Shown one piece after another: positions 62,359 to 64,000 of a stretch of 64,000 bases of DNA (position 1 is the first letter of the stretch; every line of letters begins with the position of its first letter). A model generated the notes under the pieces. That model had not been told where the DNA came from. It saw only the letters and a list, made by a program, of their open reading frames with translations, and did not search any database. The DNA lies in sequence record NC_023688.1; one strand, given 5' to 3'. The translations under genes and the position numbers were made by a program.

Positions 62359-63333
62359 ATGATCAACATTTATCAACAACCCGCTTCGATTACATTTGCA
62401 CAAGGTTCAAGATTTACATTTTCTATCGGTGCAAACACAGATATCGATGATGGTTACGTTACTTATCGCTGGGAGTGGACTGCTCCCGGCACATCAAACT
62501 GGGCTGCTATTCAGCATCCCAGTGCCACTCTAATGAGTGTTATTGTTATCCCGTCTATGGCTAACGTATATGGTACAAATGACTTTCGTTGTGTTGTTAC
62601 AGAATACGATGCTCTTGGGGTAAAGAAAACTGAATTGATTTCTGCCATCGCAAAAGGCATTAAGTTCGACGGAAGAACCACAGTAGCTAAAACCAAAACG
62701 AGTGATGCCGTTCTGATTCGTTCTAGATTGAGTCGTCATTCTGAGTTTGAAATGCATCCGTCACTCGATAACACTTTCTTGAGTGATAATATTGGTCTTG
62801 CTACATTGCAAGACTCCGAAGATAATATTACGCATCCGAACGTTCAATCTGCGATTGTTGATCTTGCTGATGGTATGACTATGCCGATTGGCGCGGTTAT
62901 TATCGAAAGAAAGAATAACGATCCGAGCGGAAAAGCACAGCAAACAGTATTGCAGTTTGACGGAATCGTTGCTTCTCCTGTCGGTGGAACAGATGCGATC
63001 ATTAGTGCTTTTGGTCGTAGAATTAAAATCGCTGATAAATCAATTGCTGCTCAAGTAAAAGATCAAGTTTTGACTATTCTTGCTGATTATGAGAATGCCG
63101 GTTTATATGTTAAGAACGTTATTTCTGCTTCTGCGACTTCTATTTCATTTGAACATAGAGATCACAAGTCGCATGTTCCTCCTGCGTGGACGCAATGCGG
63201 GATTACAATGACCGGTCTTGTTGCGTCGCCAGCATCAAAGGGATATGGACAATGGCAGAAGTTCGCAGAAACAAATATCACTGGTTTAGACGCCGCCGTT
63301 TCTAAACTGTATTACTGGGAGAGAATTTCGTGA
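62359..63333 (+). CDS. 11: gp11 baseplate subunit with N-terminal Ig-like domain
   Basis: N-terminal Ig-like pattern (QP.S......F......YRW.W......W...FRCVV), then gp11-like SRL..H.EF...NVQSAI...FSG/FDG...YYWER. Confidence 0.8.
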   Translation: MINIYQQPASITFAQGSRFTFSIGANTDIDDGYVTYRWEWTAPGTSNWAAIQHPSATLMSVIVIPSMANVYGTNDFRCVVTEYDALGVKKTELISAIAKGIKFDGRTTVAKTKTSDAVLIRSRLSRHSEFEMHPSLDNTFLSDNIGLATLQDSEDNITHPNVQSAIVDLADGMTMPIGAVIIERKNNDPSGKAQQTVLQFDGIVASPVGGTDAIISAFGRRIKIADKSIAAQVKDQVLTILADYENAGLYVKNVISASATSISFEHRDHKSHVPPAWTQCGITMTGLVASPASKGYGQWQKFAETNITGLDAAVSKLYYWERIS

Positions 63334-64000
63334 GAACTAATAATATCACACAACACATTAGCTCTAAAGCGGGGTCGGTTGTATTCGACCCCACTAAAGC
63401 TGCCGCATTCGATAACACAATTACCGATTTGCAAAAACTCGGAGAAAAGATTGACGCTCATGCCACAAAAGCATTGCCAAATGCAACAGAAACCGCAAGT
63501 GGTATTGCTGAATTGGCTACCGTCGATGAAGTTCTTTTGGGAAATGACAAAACAAAAATCGTTACTCCATTTGCTTTGAATCAGAAATGGATTCGTCCAA
63601 ATGCGAGCGATACAATATACGGTCTTGTTCGATATAATACCGTAGCAGAGCGAGAAGAAGCGGCTGCTAAGGTTGACGTCACTGTTAACACAACAACTCT
63701 ATGGGACGTTGTGCGCAACAAGGCCACGTCCTCTGAGTCTAAGCGTGGGTCTGTTAGTCTTTCTACTTTGGTCGCTGCCAAAGCAGGCGTAGACGACACC
63801 ACAGCGATGACACCAGCTAAAGTCAAAGCAGCAATTGACACATTCGCAGTAACTAGCGTTTCTGGAGCTACCGAGAGTGTTACCGGAACAGTTAAAAACT
63901 CGTCGGCTCTTATTACCAACGCCGCATTGCACAATGGGTATGCTGTTACTCCAAAAGGATTTATTGAGACAAGAGCCGCACAGAATCGCGTTGGTACCGT
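63330..64000 (+). CDS. 12: Short tail fibre gp12 (3' truncated by window end)
   Basis: GTG start; MRTNNITQHISSKAGSVVFDP...AT...EV..G.D..K.VTP repeats, similar to T4 gp12. Confidence 0.88.
   Translation, partial: MRTNNITQHISSKAGSVVFDPTKAAAFDNTITDLQKLGEKIDAHATKALPNATETASGIAELATVDEVLLGNDKTKIVTPFALNQKWIRPNASDTIYGLVRYNTVAEREEAAAKVDVTVNTTTLWDVVRNKATSSESKRGSVSLSTLVAAKAGVDDTTAMTPAKVKAAIDTFAVTSVSGATESVTGTVKNSSALITNAALHNGYAVTPKGFIETRAAQNRVGT

Noticed and set aside
1-64000. CRISPR array or stop-codon reassignment
   Set aside because: No regularly spaced direct repeats were seen. There is no suppressor tRNA, and conserved genes are uninterrupted in the standard code.

Overview
A 64 kb segment of a large T4-like myophage genome, about 42% GC by eye. 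The NAD-salvage gene and baseplate gene order resemble KVP40/Schizotequatrovirus; a Vibrio-like gammaproteobacterial host is an inference. Positions 1-39.3 kb are an accessory region, almost all on the minus strand. It holds small early ORFs behind a repeated sigma70-type promoter, an HD (ppGpp-hydrolase-like) protein, nadV, a phage outer-membrane beta-barrel, a Pol-beta/RlaP-like nucleotidyltransferase, a 1186-aa PARP-like ADP-ribosyltransferase next to an ADP-ribosylglycohydrolase, a DUF2828 (TROVE/Ro-like + vWA) protein, tk and creA. It also holds about 24 tRNA genes (19 amino acids; no Val found) interleaved with many tRNA-like and structured ncRNAs. Positions 39.3-64 kb are the conserved late block: 57B, 57A, 1, 3, 29-like, 51, 26, 54, 2, 4 on minus; 48, 53, 27-like, 5, 5.4, 25, 6-11 and the start of 12 on plus. 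Main unusual signals: (1) a family of stem-C(A/C)GCAA small RNAs, including YrlA-like tRNA mimics in two circularly permuted forms, near a Ro-like DUF2828 gene; (2) two tRNA genes interrupted in the anticodon loop with no ribozyme core: tRNA-Arg(UCU) with a 26-nt insert, and tRNA-Ile2(CAU) split by a 692-nt homing-endonuclease cassette; (3) a PARP-like writer, ARH eraser and NadV module; (4) an identical 53-bp palindromic element present twice beside late promoters. All RNA folds were read by eye and none was computed.
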